From assembly GCF_037042905.1 (NCBI RefSeq), contig NC_087247.1, positions 5,394,001 to 5,458,000 on the forward strand: a DNA stretch of 64,000 nt, given 5' to 3'. How positions within the stretch are numbered: the first letter of the stretch is position 1; the number at the start of each line of letters is the position of its first letter. A program made the translations under genes and the position numbers. Below, in pieces: positions 13,002-26,080 of the stretch. Origin of the DNA: Lytechinus pictus (taxonomy: Eukaryota). The notes beneath the pieces are model-generated. The model was not told where the DNA came from and searched no databases. It saw only the letters and a program-made list of their open reading frames with translations.

Positions 13002-15099
13002 CTATCGTTTTCCAGACACTCCTCCGGAACATGCTTGACCAGAAGGATCATGGTTGCAACTTCCTCCACTGGGGGCATATACAGGACCTCCTCCTGGTGC
13101 TCCTGGTCCTGCTGGTCCTCCTGGGGCATAAGGGCGAGCTGGAGCGTGTGGTGCTGGAATCCTTTGCCCAGGTGCATTAGGTCTAGGTGCTCTTGGTCCA
13201 GGTAGGGGAGCACGTGGCCCTCCTGCAGGTGCTCGGGGCCGAGTTGATGGAGCACGCGGTCCTCCAATGGGTACACTGGGCCTGGGTACAGGAGCTTGGG
13301 ATCCAGGTGCAGGAGCAAATGGTCCTACAGGTCCCCGTGGAGCAGATGGACGCGGGCCCGGGGCATATGGACGGCCGGATACACGCGGTCCGGTTGGTGC
13401 ACGGGGCCCGCCCGGAGCTCTTGGACTGCCTGGAGCACGTGGACTACCTGGGACACGTGGACTACCTGGAGCACGAGGCGAACCAGGGCGAGGAGCACGT
13501 GAACCTCCACGACTACCACCAATCCCATCAGCTCCGACAGCCCCATCAGTCCCGCCATCTCCACCAGCCCCATCAGCTCCACCAGTACCGTCTCCAGCAT
13601 CAGCACCATCAACACCATCTGCGCCATCAATATCACCAGAACCGTAGTTATAGTACTCTTCACCACTACCACTGCTTTCGTCACTGCCGCTTGAACCTTC
13701 ACCTTCGTAATCTCCGTAGTCAGCATCAACTTCACCATCGTAATCACCAACGTCTCCTCCATCTCCACCATCCCCACCGTCACTTGGGGAAACGGGTGCA
13801 AATCTTGTTTCGGGAACTACTGGTGCGGCTGGTGCAGCGGGGACAGGTGCAGCCGGTCTTGGTGCAACTGGGGCATATGCAGGAGCTCTCGGAGGCTGTG
13901 GTCTTGGTGCAGCGGGTACGTATGTTGGAGCACGGGGCATCGGTGGAGCAGGAGCCCGAGGAGCTTGGGCATCTGACTGCTGATCTGAACTTCCACCAGC
14001 ATCGTTCCCGTCTTGAGTAAATGGACCACTACCTCCAGGGGGTCCCGGTGCGAATCCAGGCATACCTGGAGCATGTGGGGCATGGCTCGGAGGAAATGGA
14101 GCATTTGGATAGTATTGTGGGGAATTTGGCTGGTATCCTGGAGCAAATGGCACACCTGGTGCATGTGCTGGGGCAGATGGTGCATGAGGTTGTTGGGGTG
14201 GTGGGGCGTTAGGAGCTGACGGATAAGGGCCTGGAGCAGGAGCTCTAGGCGGTTGATAGCCTGGGTGTCCTGGAGTGGGAGCTCTAGGTGGTTGATTTCC
14301 TGGATAGCCTGGTGCAGGAGCTCTAGCTGGAGGATAGCCTGGTGCGTGTCCCGGTGCTGGAGCACTAGCAGGAGCCCCTCCTCCCCATGATTGGCGGTCA
14401 GCACCACAAGCGGCACCGGGTTTCCCCAGGTCGCACGAATCTCTTGGAACTGAAAGAAAACGGGCAATCAAATGAAGATAGTAAAGTAGATGTGGCCGGC
14501 TACATTCTAGACGCGTAAGCTTTTTATGGCACAACGAGAAATCAATTTGTTTTATGCTCTTTATTTGTATTCATTCCAACTTGTAAAATCATATTCACAT
14601 CGACTAAGAAAAATAAGTTACACTTGCAGATAAAAATACATATGTACAAAGCAGAGGCTGGACCTGGTTTAGGTGCAGCACTATTATGGATATATTTTTT
14701 TTTTCTGAAGGGACTATTGTCATGTCTTGGATAAGAATAAATAACCCTTCGAGTGAAAAGTGAGAGTCAAAACCACAAGACCATTTCGCTCTCACACCAT
14801 CATATTGAAAATGAATAATTTATATATACCGTATACCACAACTAAAAAAGCTATCAATTATTGATATTGGTTACATATCAATAATATAATAATAATTATA
14901 AAGTACGTTATAAAAGCATTTTGTCGCAAATAACTAAAATGAATTACCAACTTGGATTTAAAAAATTGCAAGGAACTATCATAAAAGTGTAAATCATATG
15001 ACTAATGCAATGAAACTCACATCTAGGAGACGCCAAAGAGGAAACACTCAGCGATAAAATACATGACAATATAGCGACAGTCGCCCTCTGCGTCCTCAT
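13002..15099 (-). CDS. g2: secreted Pro/Ala/Gly-rich acidic matrix protein with truncated Kazal remnant (~508 aa)
   Basis: Exons 15099-15021 (MRTQRATVAILSCILSLSVSSLASPR, donor GTGAGT) and 14449-13002 (FPRDSCDLGKPGAACGADRQSW...; acidic DYGDYEGEGSSGSDESSGSGEEYY; ends SCNHDPSGQACSGGVSGKR*; acceptor ttctttcag). Confidence 0.88.
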
Positions 15100-15506
15100 G
15101 ATGAACTAGTGCCTGCATAAAAATACGAACCAATGTGAAATTAATGTCAAGTCAATCAAAATGTTTTGAAGCATTTATTGCAGGATCAATTCATGGCAGA
15201 GAGTGTGCTACAAAACTAAAATATAAACTCATGGCGAAATTTAAATCCGGGTTAGAAAGACGGTCTTCAAGAAAATACATTGTTTTATCATAAAATTTCA
15301 ATAGATAATGTTAAAAAAAAAATGAAATACTGTAAATCATTAAATATTGTTTATGTGACACGAGTGCAAGAGACAAATATCCAATAGACTTACACGTGTT
15401 GTACAGTTTTCAGAATACAATTACTCTCTGGTATATTTCGCCGACGCTTCTTCCTCCCGAAATGCCCGGAATGGAAAATGTTGTCTTCTCTATCTGAGCC
15501 CAGAAT

Positions 15507-15516
15507 GTATATATAC
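15507..15516 (-). promoter_or_regulatory. Putative TATA box of g2
   Basis: GTATATATAC about 115 nt upstream of a GTAAGT donor (15393) closing a non-coding first exon. Confidence 0.5.
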
Positions 15517-16569
15517 CCTCTGAGATGTGTATTAAAATAATCATCAATTGCTCATCCACAAGGAATAATAGCAAGAAAAATTGAAATAAGTTTGAGAGCG
15601 AGAGAGAAACAAAGAAATGCCAAGGAAGGGGACCACGTGTTTGCAGCGGAAGCTGCCTGTTGTTCACGGTTATTGTTATGACAATCTATTTTTCACTGTG
15701 AACAGTAGCAACCTCGATGGCAGCTTCATGGTCAATACCGCAACTGCTTCTTACAACTTATTATTTTTAACATCCAGTTGGTTTATTTTTAATGTCTTTA
15801 TCTCTTCAATGGCGTGAAAAAAATCAAGAAAATAGCTTGATACATCCCAGCTTTAGGACAATGCAAGGAGTTAATGATATCTAAATTGTTCCCTCATAGA
15901 TCATCATCGAAACTAAGACAGATGCTACGCGATGAGGAGCAATGTCAGAATCGGCCTGTTGCTAATATTCTTTTTTAAAACCATATGCGCCTGAGGTAAT
16001 TAATATTAATTCATCATTTGACCAATCAAACTCTTCAATTCGAGATTCAACTTGATGTGAATGATAATGTATGTTGAAAATCATACTTTCATAACATTTA
16101 TTTACGCTTCATTGCCAATCTTTATTGAAAAATTCATTATCTTTATAGATCTATGAAAATAGATTTTATACATTACAAACACTGAAAAACAATTTGTTTC
16201 AAGATGCCCATTATTCACTTCTTGAGGTGTCTTGTTTGTCTAAACGTTTATTTTGTTTATCGTCCTCTTCTTTGTTTCTTTGCAATTTGATGACAATTTA
16301 TACTTTGCCACTATATACAATCATTGAGGTGTCTTTTCTCTGTTGCAACGATAATTCAACAACTACGTTAAAAAAGGTGGAATCCCACTCACTTTTTTAG
16401 TCTTATAAAGTTTTGATAGAGCAAAGCACAATTAAGACCACTGTGAAGCAAAAAGATGGAGGCGCAATGGTATTTGAAAGGAGGGATGCTAGATGAACTA
16501 TATAAAAATGACGTAAGAATAGAGGTAAATACCAAGACTTAGAATACTATTTTATGTCACTCTTTATTT

Positions 16570-17386
16570 GAAGAGTTTAGTTGCAAAAGGGCTTAGGTCC
16601 ACTTTGGACCATTCTGAGAAAAACCATGTTTTTTATTCTCACTTACTGCAATATTCTTATGAGAAACTAAATTGTCATGATGTACTACCCTATAATGTGA
16701 ACATAAAATTGGGTATAAAAGAAATCTACCTGTCTTCAATTTTTTCTATAAATTCTTTTAAAAATTATCATTGTGGACCTAAGCCCTTTTGCAAGTAAAC
16801 TGAAATGAATCCAATCTATTTTGATTAAAAAAGTGATTTTTATTTGCCACTTTTTTCACGTTTTCATGTAAATTTCAAATTTTCTTTGTTTTCATCAAAG
16901 CGACTAAAAATGTAAAGGTTTTGAGACAGAAAACAATAAAATTTATGAACAATGGACCTAACCCCTTTTGACAAATGAGCTCTTCAGAAGAGTTTGTTTG
17001 CAAAAGGGGTTAGGTCCACTCCAAGAAAATATTTTTTTTATTCTCCTATATTGTATATTCTTATGCGAAACAAAATTGTCAAGATTCCCTACCATGACAA
17101 CATAAAATTGGGTATAAAAGAAATCTTCCTTTATTCATATTTTTTTTAATATTCTTTTCCAAAAAATTCGGTGTGGACCTAATCCCTTTTGCAACTAAAC
17201 TGAAATGGACCTAACCCCTTTTGAAAAAAAAAGTGATTTTTCTTTGCCATTTTTGATCACTTTTAAATAGGAATTTCAACTTTTCTTTGGTATCATCTTA
17301 TAGAGCTACTAAAAATCTATACATTGAGACCAAAAAATCAAATTTGATGAAAAATGGACCTAACCCCTTTTGCAAGTGAGGTCTTC
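16570..17386. mobile_element. Head-to-tail dimer of a ~410-bp TIR element (possibly Sola-type)
   Basis: Units 16570-16985 and 16987-17386, each GAAGAG..TTGCAAAAGGG..TTAGGTCCA ... TGGACCTAACCCCTTTTG..CTTC. ATTT flanks both outer ends. Confidence 0.8.
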
Positions 17387-19413
17387 ATTTGTTTCCCGTT
17401 GTGTTGCCTCTTTTCTTTTTTATCATCCTTTTCCCAATATTTGAAGAAAAAAAATCGCATCATGCACGTGGGTGCATGGGTGGGGTCCCAAGTCCCTTCC
17501 AACGGTTTAGTTTCCGACCATTGTTCTTGTTCTTGATTTGTTTATTGCAATAGTAGGTATCATCATTTTTTATTCATTTTATGAAAGAGTTTGATTTTAC
17601 ATGTTAAAAATTCATAATTATGAAAATGGCGTTTATTGAATTTCATAACCAACAGACATTTTCATTTAATTCATAAATAACCGATGAAAGGCATATCTGA
17701 GTCGATCATTATTCACGTAAGATGTCAAAGACAACTTCTTATTTATCTCAAAACCTTTTGCTGATTATTTGATATTATATCTCATTATGTAAATTTAAAA
17801 CAGTATTCGTTTGAAGAACTCGTTTGGACAACTAAAACAAAAATCGGCAATAATAAGTTTCCTTCAGTTTCAAAATCCTCCTGCAGAAAGAACGTTTAAA
17901 ATTGTTTGAACAGCTGATCACTGAATGCTCGTTGTGGAAATTTGAGAAGAGTGGTGATTATCGTTATTTTGAGCTTTCGTGAAGGATATAACTTGTCCGC
18001 ACTTGACAAATGCAAATACAGGAATGAAAAGTAAGTTCATTATGTGCAAACCCTTCAGACATCATAGAGTAACAATTGTAATTACATGTGACTTAAGTGT
18101 ATTCTGATTGGCTGAAAGTCACGTGATTATTCGGACCATTGTGATTCGCATTAAAATTGTTCCCTCCAGCCCTCCATTTCACTCCTGGACCCCCCCCCCC
18201 TCTCCGCGCGTCATAGCTGAGTCAAACTTTTTTTTCTCTCTTTTTTTTTTCTTTCTATTCAAGCTCAATATTCGTTTTACTCTCGTCTGCGTTTAACTTA
18301 ATGAAAATCAATTACAAGTGCAGTGTTGCTTCGTACTTCGATCGTCTATCATCGGCATGCATTTCTTGTATTTTTTTCAGTGACAACCTGTGATGGTGAA
18401 TCACCAAATTGTTCTGGACCATTTTATAAAGATGTTCGTAATTTATTGTATAAATGACCTTTAGTACAAAATACTTGTGACACCGTGTTGTGCTAATTGA
18501 TTTGCCCCTATCATGCCTATGTAGCTGACTTAGCACCTAAGAACACGCTCGAGTCGTAAGCGTAGTCGTGAGTTACTTTACAGTTTTATGAAACACCCAC
18601 CTGGAAACTACTTTCGATTCAGACCTGTCGGAGAACCACGAACAACACTTGCCTAGAGCATGACTGATAAGTTAGCTAGTGCGATTTTCTTCTGAAGTAT
18701 TTATGTTATTGATTTAGAGTTAAGGTGGCTATGTTTTCATTTCTCACATATTCAATTTTTTTCCCATTCTGTGGCCATTCTAGTTACGTGCATACGCATT
18801 AATTGGGACTTTTCGTAAACCTCACGGACGATAATATTAGGGTCCTCTAACACAAAAGTTGACGCTTAATCATACACTTGAATTTTAAGATTGATTGTAC
18901 ATTATAGTCAATAGAATCAAACGTAGAAACTGCTCTACAATCAATGCTAAGCTTTGTGTTACAGGGGGGTTACAGGCCCTACAGATCTCCTGCGACACCC
19001 GCACCATACATGCATGTACATTACGACTGATAGTCAACATCGTATAGATTATGACATATGGATAAGAAAGTGGTTTTTCAAACAAATCGAGTACATATTG
19101 AGTGAGGAAAAGTTTGAATTAAGGCTTAGATATAGATCATTATAGTCCATCGAATCGATATTGCATTTAATGTGGATTATTGGTGGATCACTGGCAATTG
19201 ATTCCCTTTGTCAGATCACCTCTCCAGCCGAAACCATTTCGCATGCGTTGATATGTACACAGCATGCAGTAGGCCAAATTCGTCTGAACTCAGTCGATTT
19301 TGCGGGGTTTTTTCTTTTGTTTACTCCTTCTACACAAACGATATGCCTCTAGCACAAAATGTAATGGGCATTACGTTTTACTTTCCGCAGAAATGGGGGA
19401 TTAGATTCAAATT

Positions 19414-19712
19414 CCGGGGGGACCACTTCCATTGATAAGTGGATACCAGGCGCTACCATGGGGTTTCGAAAATCACCCTAAACAAGGGAAGCAAGTCTTT
19501 TCCAGATTATGAAAATGCATCTCTTAACAAGTATTTAGCTTGTAAAACCCTACAAGTATTGAAAATATATCCCCATTTTCAGTATTTTAAACATCGTTTT
19601 TGACACCCTTATAACGTTACATAGGCATATAACGTAACGTTCTTGCCCACTCTTTGCCTTTTTACGCGTGGTCGCGCCTGGTATCCACTCTTCAATGGAA
19701 GTGGGCCCCCCG
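19414..19712. mobile_element. MITE with ~40-bp TIRs
   Basis: CCGGGGGG.CCACTTCCATTGA..AGTGGATACCAGGCGC at the left end and its reverse complement at the right end. Confidence 0.8.
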
Positions 19713-21886
19713 GGCGGCCTTTCTCGAGCTCTTGGCGGAATCAAATGTGGCTCTGGAAAGTCGTCCTAAATCGGATATATCGCTGTTACCATAGTAATAA
19801 CCAGAATTTTGCACACGGAACGCAGATTGAATGTTTCCGTTCCAAATGCGAAACGAAAAAAAATCTCATGTCACACAATTTACATTGCAGGACAGAGTTT
19901 TACGACCATGACGGCGGGCCCAAAAGTCTCTTCCAAAATCAACTACCTTTGTAAATAAGCGTACACGTTCTCGAACGAAAGGTCGGGAAAATCCACACGC
20001 GCACCGCAAACCCAAAGACAAACACAAGTCCACAAACATGGGTCCGCACTCAAAAATATTGAAAAAAACCCACCATGAATAGAGGCGAGATCTACCTACA
20101 TCCCCATCCCTCAAAGTTGTGCCATAACCATCTCTTCACACTCGTCTATTCATTATTTCCCTTCCTGTGCTCCCCTCTATTTTCTTCGGAGGCGTTAAAG
20201 TACCATCGACACCTTTTATGTCGACTTTACGATATAACGTTGTCGTCAAGTTGTCATACACAATTTTCTATGTCGACTTCGCGAGATTTTTTATCTCGCC
20301 ATCTCTACAAGTCGATTGCACTTTAGAGCTTCTGCATGTCTAGCACAGAAACGCCCTCACACTCACCAAAACACACAATAACACTTTATTTATTCTTATT
20401 TGGATATTTGTCCCTTTATCTCTCTCTCTCTCTCCCCCTCCCTTTCTTTTCATTCTCAGTTGATGTCACCCCATTTTCTGTCTCCATTCTCTCATCTAAT
20501 CGCTCTTGACGGTTTGTCTGGGTTTTTTTTTTTTTAAAGCATGCTTTACAAGGAATATCTTGGGGTATCTTTTCCCGTTTTATTATCTCTCTGATGCCCT
20601 TTGGTACAATATTTTTGTAATCATTTATCCTCTTGGTTCTCTTTGTACTCGCCTCTTTCATTCAAAAAATATCTGACATTCAAAGAAATTAAAGTCATAA
20701 TAAACGATTAGTTCGAATATAAATTAAATATATAATTCCACACAATCAACAGAAAAAAATCAAATAAAACAATTCAAATAAATAAAAGTACTAAACCACA
20801 AGCAGAATACATTATCATACAAGATCAATGCGGAAAATGAATATTAACAAAACATAATGGTAGTCACTCAATAAACTAAACAACGAAATCATAACGAAAA
20901 TTAGTTTATGATGATTTTCAATAAATAAAGATAAAAAAAAACGATGCAAAAATAAGTTATTATTAATGAATCACAAATGCCTATTATAATGCATGTTAAT
21001 ATATAGATGGTACGCCTCAATTATATGACAGAACTGGAACAATCTTTAGAATATATGTATACAGTGTATTAACACGATCCGATCAATTCGGGTTCGAAAA
21101 AATATATTACATGAGGTCACTTAATTCCAAGAACTTAAGTGACCTTAAGAATGAATAGACAAGTGTATACAACTACTAATAATGATAAACAGCTTTACCG
21201 TAGTGTGTGCATTTTTCAACAATGGAAATCAAATAAAACCCATTAACTGAAATTAAATTTTCGGGAAAAAAACCCATACAATTCTAATTGAATAATTTAT
21301 GCATTTTTCCCTATTCATTCAAATGTAAACATAAAAAGAGGGTGCATCACAAAAAACATGATGACTTATACCAAATTTATGTACGTTATATCCTGCAGAT
21401 CAATATGAAGACAAAGCCATAAGCTCCAAGGAGTCGAAAGTTTGTTGGTGATTGCACTTCGAACCTGATACAAAAGAAAAAGAAATATAATTAAGAATAT
21501 TAGAGAAAAATCAATGTCCATAAAGATGAAGAAATTCAGGTTTTTTTTCATCTTAAAAGACAGGGCAACTGTAACGTATTTAGTGATAGAAAATAACTAT
21601 TTGCCCAAATCCATAAAATAAAAATGAAGATAATCAATTACGTAAAAGCAAAAAAATCATGATTTTATTAATATTATTGATGAAACATAAATGTTATTGC
21701 ATCTGAACCTTTCGAATTTCATGGGGTTATATTAAAAAGTGTAATTTTGCAGAAAGGAACATTCTCATTAGTAGGAGTAGGGGTAAGCTGTAAACACATC
21801 AGTCACTAATTATTATTTTTAGCTTAATGTAAGAGGAAAATAATCTTGTTACTGTTGATAACTCACCTCGATTATGTTCTGCATGT

Positions 21887-24219
21887 CTAGTCATCTAAAA
21901 TAAAGGGGGAGAGAAAATAAAACAAATCAGAAATCAAGCACGAGCGTGCATCAAGCATTAAATATGAAATAATATATTTTTAATTAAATGATGAGACAGA
22001 TTTTCGTCTTACAAGGTAATTTTTTTTCGTTCTTTTTGATGTATTTCTTTACTTTTAATCTAGATTTTCAAACTGACAAAAATTCCTCGAAAGTTAAAAA
22101 ATTATATATTCCCCTTCGACGATTAATAGTAGACAGTGATTAATTGATTGAAATGGTTATACGGGATCATACCTTCATATCTAGCTTTTCATGACAGTGC
22201 ATTGTCGGACATTGTGAGGGCAAGATGAGATTTATATATTAGTTTTGATAGATGCCAATATATTATCATGATTGCATTGATTCATAATGTTGTATTTGTT
22301 TACAATAGTGTTTCTAATAGGCTAAGAAAAATCACCTTCACTTGAATTGTTAGGATCGTTCGCACCACCATCGGTGCAAATGAAATCAGAAACACCATCA
22401 TTACAAGTGCCAGTGCCTGCATCTCCACCTGGGACATTTGCGGTTCCACCATCGGCTCCAGCGGGGACGAAACCAGGAGTTCCAGCGGGTGAAAATCCAG
22501 GAACTATTCCAGGTGCTCCTCCAGGTGCTCCACCAGGTGCTCCGCCAGGTGCTCTTGGCAAAGCACGACCCACACTAGGGACATATGGTCGACTTGGAGC
22601 ATTGGCACGGCGGCGACCACCAGGGGCAGAATATCCAGGACTAGGAGCGAATGATCCAGAGGAAGGAGCAGCTGCAGGGTGTGGAGCACGAGGTAGGGAT
22701 GGGGCACGGGGAAGTGCACGTGGTCTGCCTGGAGCACGTGCAACTCCTACACTTCCACGTGAAGATGGAACACCAGATGTCGTGCCAGGAACACCAGCAA
22801 CTGTCGCAGTTCCGGTCCCAGCATTCCCATCTGCGCCGTCAGCGCCATCAAAACCATCGGCACCGTCAACTCCTTCTGTACCATCAGCACCCTCTGCACC
22901 ATCATATCCTTCGTAATCGTAAGCCTCTTCACTACTGCCACTGCCATCTCCGCCGCCACTTCCGCTTCCTGCACCAGCACCTGCACCGTCACCTGCGCCG
23001 GCTCCTCCTGCTCCAGAATCACCATCAAAATCACCACCAGCATCTGCGGCGAAGCCGGCGAAGCCACCACTACCCACTACTCCTGGAGCATAACCAACGC
23101 CTGGGATTGGAGCATTAGGTGCAAATGCAGGACCAGAAGGAGCGGGTGCAGCAGCAGGTCTTGGTGCGGCTGGTCTCGGTGCAGCGGGTCTTGGTGCCGA
23201 AGGTGTAGGAGCACGGGCAGGGGGAGCACGGGCTGGAGGTGCACGGGCCGGTGGGGCAGCAGGCGATGGAGCATATCCGGGAGCTGAAGGAGCTGCAGGT
23301 GCAGGCGCATACTGAGGTGTTGAGTCATGTGATCCCGAAGTTCCTCCACCTTGATCATATTGCGGACCAGATGGCGCTGCATATCCAGGTTGATATCCGG
23401 GTGCCACAGGGGCATGTGCAGGTGGGGCTGGGGCTGCAGGGCGTGGGACTGGAGCTGCAGGGCGTGGAACAGGGGCAGATGGACGTGGAGCAGGAGCTGG
23501 AGCCCTTGGATGTGGATGAACAGGCGCATTTGGAGCTGCAGCTGGACCATGACCTCCAACTCCGCCTGCTCCCCCAGATCCACCTGGAGCATAGGGGGCT
23601 GATTGTGTCCCCCCTGATGACGATCGGCAAGATCCGTAGTGAGAAACCGATACGTCTTGTCCAGTCCTAGATGCTTCTTTTTCCATCTCGCATTCGTTAT
23701 TGTATGATTTTCCATTGGAGCCACAGACGTTTCTTGTGTCACTCTCGTCACAAGAATCCCTTGGAACTACATAAAACACAAGACATAAATACGGCATCTT
23801 AGAAATTATATACAAAACAGCCACCATACACAAGAAGTTTATGATAAACAATTCAAACTTACGCTTTCCTTAAAACATCATTTTTGGAGCCCACTCTACA
23901 TTTATGCCCCACTTGACAAGCAAATCGCACATAATACCGTAATCCAACATTTATTATTTATTTTACACAATATAGTATTACTGATTACAGAAAAAATATA
24001 AACTTATCATCTTATGAAAAAATACGATTACATGAGACGTTTGCAATAATTTTGTCGACCTGGCTATTCTCTAAAATACATTTATATCTCTATCATAAAT
24101 GGCAATTTAAATCAAAGGCGATGTATGATATATATATACTCACTTCTGGGTGCACCAATTGAAACGGCAATAAGAGAGAATAGGAGGGCCAGGATAACTT
24201 GATGTTTTATAATTTCCAT
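21887..24219 (-). CDS. g3: secreted Pro/Ala/Gly-rich acidic matrix protein with N-terminal 4-Cys Kazal-like domain (~504 aa)
   Basis: Exons 24219-24144 (MEIIKHQVILALLFSLIAVSIGAPR, donor GTGAGT), 23766-22336 (IPRDSCDESDTRNVCGSNGKSYNNECEM...HYGSC; SSEEAYDY; donor GTGATT) and 21894-21887 (DD*, strong pyrimidine-tract acceptor). If the last intron is retained the protein ends GDFS* at 22322. Confidence 0.87.
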
Positions 24220-24330
24220 GTTGACACTGTTATGCAGCTTTACAAAATGTTAGAATTCGATTCTGCTCAAGCTTTCACTGCTTGTGGAGTTTGCTGAAAG
24301 CGAAATGGTGGAGAAGAACTATCGCCCCCA

Positions 24331-24340
24331 ATATTTATAG
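24331..24340 (-). promoter_or_regulatory. Putative TATA box of g3
   Basis: CTATAAATAT on the minus strand about 110 nt upstream of ATG 24219. Confidence 0.55.
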
Positions 24341-25929
24341 AATCGGCATATCTGCTATTATTTATTAACTAATGATGCAACATTTTTTTTTTTTACATGA
24401 AACCCTCAACCACATCAAAACAACAATGACTGAACTTGAGATAATCATAATGTTAATCGGTCTTGGTTGATATCAACACAGTAGCAACCTTAAAATATAG
24501 ACAATGACTAATATAAAGATTTTTGTGCACATTCTTCGATTTCCCCCGATTATCCTCGAATTATACATTATAGATAAAGAAATAGTTTCTTCGACAATAA
24601 GAAAAGAGTGGGATTAACACTTGATGATGCATAGTTTCATTCTTAGAAATGATTCTTTTTGTAGAAGGGGGGGGGGGGTCGGGAAGCTCAATGCCGGCAG
24701 CTGTATTGCGCAAGTAAAAGTGCCTCACCACACACATGACACATGATTCGATATCTGTAGAATCTTAAAATTCTGCATGAATTCTTACGATTATCAATCA
24801 TCCCCCTTAGGATAAGACAGAGGCATATCTCGTTAGGATTTAGATTTAGGGCCGGGGTAAACTTAACTCATAACAGTTTGCTTTCAACTTTCAACAAAAT
24901 GGTCTAGTTGTTAAACAACAACATTTGATATTATTTTTATTATATCATTGATTTTGTATATTCACAATAATAATAAGGAGTGTGTATGCCTACCATCTAT
25001 TCATAATGATCATCTTGTAAGAGGGGAAAATGCATCTTTTATTATTTCAACAACCGTCCAGGTATCTGGATTATTCGTTAATTACTCTAATATGCAGGAT
25101 CATGAAAAATGTTTTGTTTTGTTTTCATATGGATGTAGCGCTACCATTTTCATCCGAATTGTCCACCATATGACCTTAGTTTGTAAGAATTAAATTATTA
25201 ATTTCTTCTCTAAAATTGCTTACTTACTATTTTGTATTTTTTCAAAAGAAAGTGGAGTAAGTTCAGTGGAAAAGTTACCCCTTATCGTCCCCTTCTTTCT
25301 TTCGTCACCCTCGTTCACTACTTGATCTTATTAATACAGTAGCAATGTTAAATCAAGGTCTCCAAATCTGTCATAATCTGCATACGATTAAATGCATTAT
25401 CAATGTCAAAAATGGCAAGTAGAAAAAATATGTCAAATAATTATGAAAATTATGAATATCATAGTTGGAATGCCCTTTTAAAGATGGATTTGTACAAGTC
25501 TTCATGAAATCATTTTAAGTGTTTGTGAATTTATGATGAACAATTATTTTTTTTCTCATTTGTTTTAGTATAAATATATATTTTATTTTATATCATTTTA
25601 TTTTATTTTAATTTTATTTATCTATTTATTAATATATTCATTTATTTATGCAATTACTTATTTATGTTATTATTATTATTTTTTTTTTTGGGGGGGGGGG
25701 TCAGAAAAATATAGGATAACTAGTTATGAAGACAAGGGTAATATGTTGGGTTAATGCAGACAACAATTTTTTTTTTCTTGTATAAAACAGAATGTAGGTA
25801 ACATTCCTTAGATACATACATATTTTTCAAAAAACTGTTTTTATTCAATAAGGCAGTCTAATTCTTTTTAAAAGGTAGCATGAATCAAATATCAAGTAAA
25901 TGCAATTGACTCCTTTAGGTATCAATACT

Positions 25930-26080
25930 TCTAATGAATTTTTTTGTGTGTACAGACGTTTTTCAATTACATAGGATTATTTACTACTGGGACCGACTAG
26001 CGTTTAACGTCACCATCCGAAAGACGTGACCTTGGATTGAATCTCGAACCTCCGCACAAATTAGTGTATAACTTATCCAT
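25930..26080 (-). mobile_element. SINE fragment with Deu/Nin-like central motif
   Basis: Minus strand reads GGTTCGAG (B-box-like) then GTCTTTCGGATGGTGACGTTAAAC..GGTCCC, resembling the conserved deuterostome SINE core (recognised from memory). Confidence 0.45.

Noticed and set aside
13330-13500. Collagen-like periodicity in g2 (PGSPRA repeats)
   Set aside because: The period is six with Gly every sixth residue, not continuous Gly-X-Y.
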